Shown piece by piece: positions 33,731 to 42,275 of a stretch of DNA of 64,000 nucleotides. Both the position numbers and the translations under genes were made by a program. The stretch comes from Nanobdellota archaeon. GTDB lineage: Archaea > Nanobdellota > Nanobdellia > Pacearchaeales > GW2011-AR1. Below the pieces are notes generated by a model. It saw only the letters and a list, made by a program, of their open reading frames with translations, did not search any database and was not told the origin of the DNA. How positions within the stretch are numbered: the stretch's first letter is position 1; each line of letters opens with the position of its first letter. The stretch is taken from NCBI GenBank assembly GCA_030698805.1, contig JAUYMA010000003.1, positions 12,167 through 76,166 of the forward strand, given 5' to 3'.

Positions 33731-35887
33731 CCTATATTCTATGACCTTCTCTGCGAAATCCTGAGAAGGCACTGAAATATTCCAATCAAGCAGTTTATAT
33801 CCATTATTGTTTGTTCCGTGATATATTGGATAGGCGGTAGAGAAGTTAGTCTCCCCCGTCTTATTGTTTATCAAGTCGATAAGCAGAGTATATTCTCCAT
33901 GGGGTGTTTCATTGCCTGGAAGGGGAATGTAATGAATATACTTATTAGTTTCAGAGAATCCTAATTCAGGTATTGAATAAGTTGCAGATAAATCTCCTTT
34001 TTCATTTAAATGATATGTTCTTTCTTCTTCGAAAATTCCATTAGTATGAATATATGTACTTACCCCAACATCATTGTCCCCATATGAAAACCTAAGCCCT
34101 GTGATTCGTGCATGTCTGTTAGGTATATCTCCTACTACTATGGGAATTCTTTGTTGCGCTAAGATATTGTTTGTATTGCAATTTATTATAAATTCTCCCT
34201 CATCTTTAGGGTTTGCAGCTCTTGGTGGGAGAGAATCGACAAGGAGAGTATAATTTCCAGAAGGGAAATTAGTGGGGATTTTTATTGTGGTTGAAGAAGG
34301 ATACCCTGATCCAAAAGGCAAGTTTTTAGGAGGAACTAACTTAGGATCTCTAGAAGATGTATTGAATATCTCTGGAGAGATATTGGTATTGCCTTCTACT
34401 GCAACTTCGATAGGATAAATTAAATAAGGAACCCTAAATTGTTTTGATTGAAGAGGTTTCTGAATAATATTTGCGAATACTCTCACCTCATCTCCTTGTT
34501 GTAGATGCAATATTGATGTTTTTTCTGGATATCTTTGACCTGGAGCAACTGCCCAAGTACTCAATTCATAAAGAGCTGAGGGCTGGAGATTATTATTACC
34601 GTCCCAATCCGAATTAATCTCAATTGTTCTTTCTTTATCGTTCAATTGCTTTTCTGCATCTTTAAGTTTGGCATTATCTAAATGAGCATAGTAGCCAAGC
34701 GCAGAGATTGCTAAAGCACTTGCGGCTGCTGCAACAGTATTTCTTGGGGAAGAAGGTTTTTCCCAAAATGATGGACTAGAGGCTTCCTCAAATTTTTCTA
34801 GAAGTTTACCTAAATTATTTATGCGACTCGAACCTAAAGTCAATCCATGATAAAGGAGGTCTCTAAATTTTCTTGCATTTTTTGGTAGCTTACTCAATGC
34901 CTTATTTAGTTGTGATTCATATTGATTGACATCGAGGTGCTCTGGACTATAAGGGTCAACTATGAGGAAATCTTTTCCTAAAAGCATCATACCAAACATT
35001 TTCGTTAGAGAGTAAACTTCAGAAGCCTCATCATAATGTGAGGGCTTACCTGTTCTTGAACTCATTAGTCTAGGATCGCAAGTGGTTCTTCCTGGGCAGG
35101 AATGAGTATAGCTATCCACTACTTCTCCGTCGACTCCTGCTGCAGAAGTATCAGTTATCACTATCTCTCCTAATCTGTCTTCCAAAGAAACTAAAACATT
35201 AGAAGGTTTTAAGTCTCTGTGAAGATGGCCTGTCTTCTGCCTGAATCTCTGAGCCGAACTAAACATTTGCTCTGCAAATGAAGAAGCAATTGGCAAAGGA
35301 ACCTTCTCCTTTTGGTCTAATATGTCTTGAAGAGAAACTGATGGAATAAAAGTTTCAGCATAAGCATAGCTTCCTGCATATCCGACATCGGATAGTTCCT
35401 TGCAGGCTATCGGGGCTGAAAATCCTGGCATTCGCTGAAGATTTAGCGCCATATTTGCTTCTCTCCTAGCATTATAGCCCTTCCTAAAATGTTTAAGCAT
35501 AGCTGGAGAAGGATTATTCAGCATAATCTCTCCCTCGGGTTTATCCATCTTAACTGCAAGGCGAAGATTATTGCCTGAACCATCAAATACCGATTCTGCT
35601 ACAAATACTGTTTTAATGTTCCCCTCCGCACAATAGGCCCAATTAGTGTAATCTGGGAATTTTTTCTTTAGAGCATCTACCTTTGTCTTTAATTCTAAGG
35701 AAAGATCATTATAAGGAGTAATTCTAGGCCCTTGTATTTCTTGGAGAAATTCCTTGAGAGTCATGGTCCTTTGAGGCTTCTCAAATAAAGATTTTATGCC
35801 TCTCCATACATACCCAATATAATCTGGTCCTGGAAATTGACTTTGGCCCTTTCTTACCTTAACAAGTGCTACCTCTAATTCAGGCAT
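33716..35887 (-). CDS. membrane-spanning Hanks-type Ser/Thr protein kinase (module copy 2)
   Basis: LAVKM, HLHRDLKPSNVLV and ITDTSAAG. One TM (VAAAASALAISALGYYAHL) and a roughly 330-aa C-terminal ectodomain homologous to that of copy 3. Start set at ATG 35887 (8-nt overlap ATGCCTGA); the track start is 35911. Confidence 0.8.
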   Translation of the reverse strand: MPELEVALVKVRKGQSQFPGPDYIGYVWRGIKSLFEKPQRTMTLKEFLQEIQGPRITPYNDLSLELKTKVDALKKKFPDYTNWAYCAEGNIKTVFVAESVFDGSGNNLRLAVKMDKPEGEIMLNNPSPAMLKHFRKGYNARREANMALNLQRMPGFSAPIACKELSDVGYAGSYAYAETFIPSVSLQDILDQKEKVPLPIASSFAEQMFSSAQRFRQKTGHLHRDLKPSNVLVSLEDRLGEIVITDTSAAGVDGEVVDSYTHSCPGRTTCDPRLMSSRTGKPSHYDEASEVYSLTKMFGMMLLGKDFLIVDPYSPEHLDVNQYESQLNKALSKLPKNARKFRDLLYHGLTLGSSRINNLGKLLEKFEEASSPSFWEKPSSPRNTVAAAASALAISALGYYAHLDNAKLKDAEKQLNDKERTIEINSDWDGNNNLQPSALYELSTWAVAPGQRYPEKTSILHLQQGDEVRVFANIIQKPLQSKQFRVPYLIYPIEVAVEGNTNISPEIFNTSSRDPKLVPPKNLPFGSGYPSSTTIKIPTNFPSGNYTLLVDSLPPRAANPKDEGEFIINCNTNNILAQQRIPIVVGDIPNRHARITGLRFSYGDNDVGVSTYIHTNGIFEEERTYHLNEKGDLSATYSIPELGFSETNKYIHYIPLPGNETPHGEYTLLIDLINNKTGETNFSTAYPIYHGTNNNGYKLLDWNISVPSQDFAEKVIEYRSREQ

Positions 35888-36047
35888 TTTCTTTCTCCTC
35901 CAGATTTTCATGAATGAGATCTATCTTCAATTGAGTAAGCATGCCTGGCTTAATTATTCCTTCAAGATCTTTTGGAATTACAATTACTGATTGCCTGCCG
36001 TGTTTTGCAATTCTTTTAGTTATAATAATTGATTTTGGGCCTTTCAT
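35880..36047 (-). CDS. small AbrB/SpoVT/MazE-like protein (module copy 2)
   Basis: Hand-translated 55-aa ORF absent from the track (MKGPKSIIITKRIAKHGRQSVIVIPKDLEGIIKPGMLTQLKIDLIHENLEEKENA). Confidence 0.6.
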   Translation of the reverse strand: MKGPKSIIITKRIAKHGRQSVIVIPKDLEGIIKPGMLTQLKIDLIHENLEEKENA

Positions 36048-36049
36048 TT

Positions 36050-36068
36050 GATACATCAGAGATGTATC
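36050..36068. promoter_or_regulatory. perfect palindrome gATACATc-aga-gATGTATc (ATACAT-N5-ATGTAT), left operator
   Basis: 8-bp arms with a 3-nt spacer, 3 nt upstream of the minus-strand small-ORF ATG (36047). Confidence 0.55.
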
Positions 36069-36082
36069 AGGTATATTTAAAT

Positions 36083-36123
36083 GTAACTATAAAGTAATAA
36101 CAAATCGTAAGATTTATATATGC
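36083..36123 (+). promoter_or_regulatory. conserved 41-nt promoter element (copy B) with TATA box
   Basis: gtaactataaagtaataacaaatcgtaagatttatatatgc, matching 18039-18079 at 38 of 41 positions. TTTATATAT is at 36113-36121. Confidence 0.6.
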
Positions 36124-36125
36124 CT

Positions 36126-36144
36126 TATACATACTTTATGTATA
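36126..36144. promoter_or_regulatory. perfect palindrome tATACATa-ctt-tATGTATa (ATACAT-N5-ATGTAT), right operator
   Basis: 8-bp arms with a 3-nt spacer, between the TATA box and ATG 36154. Confidence 0.55.
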
Positions 36145-36153
36145 ATTAGAACT

Positions 36154-36312
36154 ATGGAAAGCAAAAAATTCGTTATAACGAAAAAAGTCGCCAAGCATGG
36201 AAGCCAGGCCATCATAGTTATCCCTAGAATTCTTGAATCTGAGCTTAAACCTGGCACTATTGCTCAAGTGACTATTGAAATTATAGAAAGCCAAGGAGGA
36301 CAAAATGAGTGA
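36154..36312 (+). CDS. small AbrB/SpoVT/MazE-like protein (module copy 3)
   Basis: Hand-translated 52-aa ORF absent from the track (MESKKFVITKKVAKHGSQAIIVIPRILESELKPGTIAQVTIEIIESQGGQNE). Confidence 0.6.
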   Translation: MESKKFVITKKVAKHGSQAIIVIPRILESELKPGTIAQVTIEIIESQGGQNE

Positions 36313-38434
36313 GACTGGGGTTTCTACAAGAGAGGAAATAATAAAAATAGCCAGAGGCGTTTTGCCCCGAGGTAAATATCATGATTTGAAGTCTTTTGAC
36401 GAAGAAGAAGGCGCCCAACGAATTTGTTTGACTGCAAATAGAGGTATACCTCCTCATACTCAAGAGGTTTTTATTAAAATTGATAAGGAGCCTGTCGGAG
36501 AAGCAGCCTCTAGATTAAAAGAAGGGGGATATACCACACATCAAGAAGTAAAAACTCTTCTAGAAATTCCAGTGGATGAGGCTATTCATAATCATTTGAG
36601 CCCGGTAGTAGATTTCTATATGAGTGCATCTACTGGCTCTACAATATCTGTAGAACCCAGATTTAAAGGTGCCAAGTCTTTGAAGAGAAGGGTGGCAGAG
36701 CAAGGCCCGTTAGACACTAAAGAATTTGAAGATTTTATGCGCCAATATGTTCAGGCCAATGTATATTTAATTAAAAATAGAAGAATGGTGCATCGAGACC
36801 AGCACCCTAAGAATATTTTGATAGGGCCTTCTATAAATGGAAAGGGATTGGAAGCAAGACTTACTGATATGACTACTGCGACAACTTTGGATTCTATTGA
36901 CCAAAGCAGTTCTACAACTTGGGGGGCCAGATCGATAAGGCACTTTGCATATGGCAATTCTTCATTTGAGAAGAGAATCGGAGCAGAACAAGCTGAGATA
37001 TATTCTATTGGTATGAATGCTATCTTCTCTTTGACCGGCATGTTCCCGGTTTATTATGATAATCTTAATGGAACTGGGATTAGCGCATTTACTGGTGAAA
37101 ATCTTCTAAATAAAGATGGAACAGTCAACATAGAGAAACATAATGAGGCTATAGAACAAGCCCTCTCTAAATTCCCGAAGAAAGCTAGAAAGCACACTGG
37201 ATGGATAAAGAAATGTGTAAATGGAGATGTGGATAAGCAGTACAGGTCTATTGATAGTCTTGTTAGAGATTTTGAAAGAACAGTTACCCCTACCCTAATT
37301 GATAGAATGAGAAGTATTCCTAAGAAAGTTAAAGCAGGATTAGCTGCAGGTCTTGCCGCTTTGACAATAGGGGGCGGTGCGCTTACCTATGAGATTATTG
37401 AAAAAAATAAGGAACATTCTGTCCAACTTGCAGAAGCAAGTAGATACAAAATTACTGCAGAATGGAATGGACTTAACCCTCAGATAAGAAATAATTTATT
37501 TGAAATGAAGGCAAGCTTATACGGCAAAGATTATAGTAAGGGATATCCTAGAAATAAATTCTTAAGAGTTGAAAGAGGACAAGAGCTTAGCGGACATATA
37601 GAATGCAAAGAATATCCTCGTCAGCAAAATTCTAGATTAGGAGATTTCTATTCCTATTCGGGCCAGGCTTATATAGAGGGTTATCCCCTTGAAGAAGGAA
37701 TCTCTGATACTTTTGGAGTGACCCCCATACCTTCAAATGAAGCTGGCGCTTACGCAGAAGGGGCTTACTTTGGAGGAGACTTTAGGATAAAGATACCTAA
37801 AGATCTAAGAGATGGTGTATATAGCTTGGCTATTGCCACTTATGCTCCCACTGAAGAAGTAATAGCTAAAAAAGAATCTGAAAATAGAAGGACTGCAACT
37901 TCTGTTAATATAAAATTTACCGCCCCTGGAAAGGCCTTAACATTAAAAACTATTCCACTCATAGTTGGAGATCCTAAACCTGCTTTAGCACAGCACGAAT
38001 TTAATATTAACAGCTTTGATGATAATATCTCCCTTGATGAAGTACAAGGAAGAGATGAATTCGGAGGAGGGCTCTCACCTCGAAGCAGTTATTTCGCTTC
38101 CACCTCTTTAGTTAATGATGAAAAGATTTCCATTTTAGGGAGAGGGATAAATAGAAGTACCTTAGGGATAAAATTACCTGAAGGAACAAATTATTTGGAG
38201 GGAGTTGCTGAAGTGGGAGTTTATTCCCTAGAGTCTAAGCAAATAATTTTCTACACCGCATTTCCAATTAGGAGAACTGAATATCCCTCACAATTGCAAT
38301 CCCCTCTTTATTTCTGGGGATTAGGCCTGCCTGGGAAAGATTTTCCTGAAAAGTTGATAGAACATAGACAGAATTTAGAGATAAAAGCTGCAGAAGCCTT
38401 TGCTAGAACTAATTATTCATTACCTAAAGAATAA
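36305..38434 (+). CDS. membrane-spanning kinase-like protein with divergent catalytic motifs (module copy 3)
   Basis: VFIKI, MVHRDQHPKNILI (HRD-x4-N kept, Lys replaced by His) and RLTDMTTA; no clear Gly-rich loop. One TM (AGLAAGLAALTIGGGALTY) and an ectodomain homologous to copy 2. 8-nt overlap ATGAGTGA with the small ORF. Confidence 0.75.
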   Translation: MSETGVSTREEIIKIARGVLPRGKYHDLKSFDEEEGAQRICLTANRGIPPHTQEVFIKIDKEPVGEAASRLKEGGYTTHQEVKTLLEIPVDEAIHNHLSPVVDFYMSASTGSTISVEPRFKGAKSLKRRVAEQGPLDTKEFEDFMRQYVQANVYLIKNRRMVHRDQHPKNILIGPSINGKGLEARLTDMTTATTLDSIDQSSSTTWGARSIRHFAYGNSSFEKRIGAEQAEIYSIGMNAIFSLTGMFPVYYDNLNGTGISAFTGENLLNKDGTVNIEKHNEAIEQALSKFPKKARKHTGWIKKCVNGDVDKQYRSIDSLVRDFERTVTPTLIDRMRSIPKKVKAGLAAGLAALTIGGGALTYEIIEKNKEHSVQLAEASRYKITAEWNGLNPQIRNNLFEMKASLYGKDYSKGYPRNKFLRVERGQELSGHIECKEYPRQQNSRLGDFYSYSGQAYIEGYPLEEGISDTFGVTPIPSNEAGAYAEGAYFGGDFRIKIPKDLRDGVYSLAIATYAPTEEVIAKKESENRRTATSVNIKFTAPGKALTLKTIPLIVGDPKPALAQHEFNINSFDDNISLDEVQGRDEFGGGLSPRSSYFASTSLVNDEKISILGRGINRSTLGIKLPEGTNYLEGVAEVGVYSLESKQIIFYTAFPIRRTEYPSQLQSPLYFWGLGLPGKDFPEKLIEHRQNLEIKAAEAFARTNYSLPKE

Positions 38435-39297
38435 ACTAGCAAATAATTATTGAGTATTATTATTTTGTTTAACAATTGCATTAAAAGAGCATCTGAAACG
38501 CTTTTTCCTTTTATTTCTTTCTTGAGTGTTTCATAAAGTCTTGCATTTTTTACTAATTTCTCCTTATCAAAAGAAAAAATAATCTCTCGGAAATTTGCCA
38601 GAAGCTCTCTACTTCCTCTTATTGTTTCTATTTGAGACTTTGAAGACTTTTCTTTTTCTGCTTCTCCTGCAATTGCCTTGTATGTGTCCCCTATCTGTTC
38701 AAGAGAATTAATAATTGCATATATCTGATTTGTTCTCGAGTAGATAGGATAACCTTTTTTATTTAGAACTCTTAGGCAGAAATGACTTAATCTATTTACA
38801 CTGGTATCTGCCTCTATTACCTGATCCATTTTTTGTTTTTTTTCACAGGCTTGCACAAGTTCCTCTGCAATGGAATCTAGAATAAGAAAGATTCTCTTGA
38901 TGAGCTCATCAATCTCTTGTTTTTCACATCCCGTGACATCTTTTAAGATAAAGCTTGAACTTGTTTGTTTTACAATCTCAAAGCCAAGAAGCTCTGGCAG
39001 AACGCGCTTATGGAAATCCTTAACTTCACTGTAATCTTTAAACTTTACCTCTATTTCGTCCAATCCTTTTTCATATAATGCCAATAATGATCTGTTAATT
39101 AATGGAGAAAGGTCAATTACATCTATAGAGGTCCTGCTTGCTTTTTCTTTGACAGATAATGGAGAAATTTTCAGCAAATCTTCCTCCTCGATCATATTTA
39201 CTTCGTCTCCTTTATCGAGCTTATATTTTTGCACCCATTTTGCAGGCAGACTTATCATTAAAGTTGCTGCGCCTTGCTTTACTAACTTCCTCTGCAT
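38413..39297 (-). CDS. AbrB/SpoVT-domain plus PhoU-like regulator (module copy 3)
   Basis: MQRKLVKQGAATLMISLPAKWVQKYKLDKGDEVNM N-terminus and a helical body with LSHFCLRVLNK. The 3' end overlaps the kinase 3' end by 22 nt. Confidence 0.75.
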   Translation of the reverse strand: MQRKLVKQGAATLMISLPAKWVQKYKLDKGDEVNMIEEEDLLKISPLSVKEKASRTSIDVIDLSPLINRSLLALYEKGLDEIEVKFKDYSEVKDFHKRVLPELLGFEIVKQTSSSFILKDVTGCEKQEIDELIKRIFLILDSIAEELVQACEKKQKMDQVIEADTSVNRLSHFCLRVLNKKGYPIYSRTNQIYAIINSLEQIGDTYKAIAGEAEKEKSSKSQIETIRGSRELLANFREIIFSFDKEKLVKNARLYETLKKEIKGKSVSDALLMQLLNKIIILNNYLLVYSLGNE

Positions 39298-39430
39298 CTC
39301 TTTTTCAGCCTTTCATAATATATAAGCTTTTTCTTTTTTATATATACTTTATACTAATATATATAGTTTAATAACAAGGTTTAAACCTATCTTTTCTTCA
39401 TATTATTAACTAAATAGTAGTTACAATAAA

Positions 39431-40693
39431 ATGAAAGAAAAAATAATAAAGGGTCTGACAGGATTGATCGCAGCTGCAGCTCTTACAAATAGTGTTGAAG
39501 CTCAGAATGGTTCAGTATGGAATAATATTCAAGAAGCGGGCCTGGATGGAAGAGCAAAAGTTGAATATAATGGTAATTTTGATACTTCTCACACTTTGAG
39601 AGAAACTATTGCTTTTGGAAGAGAAGGAGTTTACGATGGCAGAACCTCAGTAAAGGGGCAGTTTTTTGATATTGGACGTTTGACACTTGCCCAATATCCG
39701 GATCAGGCCAGATCTCAGGAAATGTTTGGCCTCAGACTAGAACCTCAGAAGACTTTTGGACTGACTAATAATTTAATTCCTGCAAGCACGATTGTGTTTG
39801 GAAGCGTTACTCATAATGAAAATGATAGTGTAGAGGCCATAGCTTCTGAAGCTAAATGGTCATTAGACAAAAAGACTTTTTATTTAAGGGGAGAATTGCA
39901 GAATGGAAATCAATCTCTTTCCCACTTAGGGGGAACTTTTAGATACGATGCTGGGAACTGGGCTTTCCAGTTAGGAGAAGAGTATGTTTCTCAAAATTCT
40001 GGAGATTTCAATCAGATATTAGTAAATGCCTCCATAATGCCGACTCAAAATGACTTTTATGCGCTGACCTTTGCACATCAGAATTTACCAGATAATACTG
40101 ATAACAACAGAGTGAGATTCACAACTGCCCATTTCGGGAAAGATGCTTCCTGGGGACATAGAAGTTTTTTTGAATATTCATTTAATCCAGAGAAAGATCA
40201 AGAAATTATTTCTGGTCAGCTTGCCATAGTTCCTTTTGGACCCTCAACTTATGGAAAAATAGCTGCAAGACTTTTTACTGAAGATGTTTGGGAAAATGAT
40301 AGCATATTCAAGGTTATGAGAACTCCTTTCGGACTTTTTACTGAAGGAGTACCTCACTTTGATAGAATTGTTGGCGGGCAAGGCATAGAAGGATTAGGTT
40401 TTGTTGTAAATGCCTCTTCTGCAAGAACGGGGGATCAAAATTCTAAGAATATCTCCGGGCAGGTTCACTATATTGGGCGACTGCCTGGAAGCCTTTTGGG
40501 TCAGAATGAATATGGAGTTTACGCCGGTTCCAGCTACATAGATAATAATGGAAACTCTGCAACTTACCTCGATACTGGAACTACTTTGAGATTCGGAAAA
40601 CATTTCTCATTAAGGGCCGGATTTGGCATACCTATTCAGACTGAAACTAAACAGAATCTTCAGGGAGTTTTAGAAGCTGAATTTAAATTTTAA
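39431..40693 (+). CDS. secreted beta-rich protein, outer-membrane beta-barrel-like (right arm)
   Basis: Signal peptide MKEKIIKGLTGLIAAAALTNSVEAQ. Long run of alternating-polarity strands rich in G, Y, F, N and T. C-terminus ...LQGVLEAEFKF, with terminal Phe and alternating hydrophobics. Confidence 0.5.
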   Translation: MKEKIIKGLTGLIAAAALTNSVEAQNGSVWNNIQEAGLDGRAKVEYNGNFDTSHTLRETIAFGREGVYDGRTSVKGQFFDIGRLTLAQYPDQARSQEMFGLRLEPQKTFGLTNNLIPASTIVFGSVTHNENDSVEAIASEAKWSLDKKTFYLRGELQNGNQSLSHLGGTFRYDAGNWAFQLGEEYVSQNSGDFNQILVNASIMPTQNDFYALTFAHQNLPDNTDNNRVRFTTAHFGKDASWGHRSFFEYSFNPEKDQEIISGQLAIVPFGPSTYGKIAARLFTEDVWENDSIFKVMRTPFGLFTEGVPHFDRIVGGQGIEGLGFVVNASSARTGDQNSKNISGQVHYIGRLPGSLLGQNEYGVYAGSSYIDNNGNSATYLDTGTTLRFGKHFSLRAGFGIPIQTETKQNLQGVLEAEFKF

Positions 40694-40694
40694 C

Positions 40695-41435
40695 ATGGAA
40701 GGATACGAGACACAAGCCGGATTCTGGGATAAAACTGCACCAAGGGTAATGGGGGATTTAATCGGAAGGCCAAGTGCTGTTGAGTTAATGGGGAAAGGAA
40801 GGGTTAGGAGAGAAAAAATACTTGAAGCTGGATGCGGTACTGGATATACTGCTAGAATGCTTGTAGGAGAAGAGGCGATAGTTAGTGGATGTGATTCCTC
40901 TCGTGAAATGCTTGAGAAAGCAATTAAAGAAGAAAAAGATGCTCCTGGAATAGAATACAAGCTTGCAAATATAATAAGCACTGGATATGAAGGCGATAGA
41001 TTTTATGGAGTAATGTCTATAGGCGTTTTGATACATAATAATCCAAGTTTTGTCAATTTAGCATATCGTGAAGCATTCAGAGTATTAAAGCCTCAAGGAA
41101 CAATGGTTGTTTCAGTTACACACCCTTACTTATTCACTTCAGGAAGTCCTTCTATGAAGAAAGGAAAGAATTGGGTTAAGCATAGATTCCTTGGTAAAGA
41201 GAATGCAGGAAGTCGCGTGTTTGAAGAAGAATACTATGATTTAAATGGAAATAAATTTGTTTCTGAAGTGTGGGATCATTCAATTGGATTTTATTTAAAC
41301 GGGGCTGTTCAAGCAGGATTTAAACTTGAGGAAATTAGAGAACCTAAAGTAGAAGAAAAACATCTACTTCATCCTTCTTGGGGAAAAGAATACGGGTATC
41401 CTGCTTTCTTACAATTTAGGATGGTGAAAAAATGA
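40695..41435 (+). CDS. class I SAM-dependent methyltransferase (right arm, M3)
   Basis: Motif I ILEAGCGTGYTA, then VSGCDSS and FYGVMSIGVLIH. Starts 1 nt after the beta-rich gene. Confidence 0.7.
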   Translation: MEGYETQAGFWDKTAPRVMGDLIGRPSAVELMGKGRVRREKILEAGCGTGYTARMLVGEEAIVSGCDSSREMLEKAIKEEKDAPGIEYKLANIISTGYEGDRFYGVMSIGVLIHNNPSFVNLAYREAFRVLKPQGTMVVSVTHPYLFTSGSPSMKKGKNWVKHRFLGKENAGSRVFEEEYYDLNGNKFVSEVWDHSIGFYLNGAVQAGFKLEEIREPKVEEKHLLHPSWGKEYGYPAFLQFRMVKK

Positions 41436-42193
41436 ACTCTCGTGAAGGACTAAACCTTGCAGTGAGAATACTCGAAGATGAAGAAATAATAACAGGCGAC
41501 GAAGCAAACAAATATGCGGACAGACGAGATAATAGGGCATTGACTACTCGCTTAGTTGCCTTAGACATTTTAGAAAAGATTCCTATTAAAAAAGTTACTG
41601 GCAGAGTTTTGGAGGTTTGCTGTGGAGCAGGAGATTTAGCGAATAAATTATACCGTTTAACTGATAACCCAAATATTCGTGCTACTGATGGGAGTCCTGG
41701 TCTTATTGAAACTGCAAAAGTAAAATATCCTCATATTAATTTCTCAGTTGCGAATGTGCACAACCATCTCGGAAGAGGAAAGAATGATCTTGTTATCTGC
41801 AAAGATGCTTTTCACCATTTTAGTGATCCTCAAAAGAGTCTTGGAGAATTGCTAGATTTAGTTTCTCCCGGCGGATATTTGTATATCTTTGACCTTAATA
41901 GAGACTGTTCTCCAAATCATTTCCAAAGAAGAGAACAAGTCATTGTAGATCCTAATGAGAAAAGAAGATTTATACGATCTTTAAACGCCTCTTTGACTGC
42001 TGTAGAGTTCGCTGAACTTCTAAGGAAGCCTGAGATTTATGAAATAATTTCTTCAGCATTTATACATTACCCTTTTAGTTTCTCTGATGAAGCTCTGGCA
42101 AAGAGTCAAGATTTAATTGCAAAAGATGAAACTAGTGAATACAAATTGAATACCCTATCTGCAGTTTATGTCTTGCAAAGGAGGAAAAGATGA
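41432..42193 (+). CDS. class I SAM-dependent methyltransferase (right arm, M4)
   Basis: Motif I VLEVCCGAGDLA, then IRATDGS and DLVICKDAFHHFS (compare GALHHLP in M2). ATGA overlap with M3. Confidence 0.7.
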   Translation: MNSREGLNLAVRILEDEEIITGDEANKYADRRDNRALTTRLVALDILEKIPIKKVTGRVLEVCCGAGDLANKLYRLTDNPNIRATDGSPGLIETAKVKYPHINFSVANVHNHLGRGKNDLVICKDAFHHFSDPQKSLGELLDLVSPGGYLYIFDLNRDCSPNHFQRREQVIVDPNEKRRFIRSLNASLTAVEFAELLRKPEIYEIISSAFIHYPFSFSDEALAKSQDLIAKDETSEYKLNTLSAVYVLQRRKR

Positions 42194-42275
42194 AACCTGA
42201 ATTAAAATGCTTAAATTTGATTATAATGATTCCATCAATCAAATGCTTAAATATGGAATTTAGGATATATTAGAT

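Noticed and set aside
31907-40693. Treating the contig as bacterial because of OMP-like barrels and an Mpa-like ATPase
   Set aside because: The contig carries aEF-2 with a diphthamide site, aEF-1alpha, archaeal DnaG, a BHB tRNA intron, A1:U72 on the initiator-like tRNA and TATA-box promoters. These make an archaeal origin far more likely, so the bacterial-type genes are better read as acquisitions or convergences.
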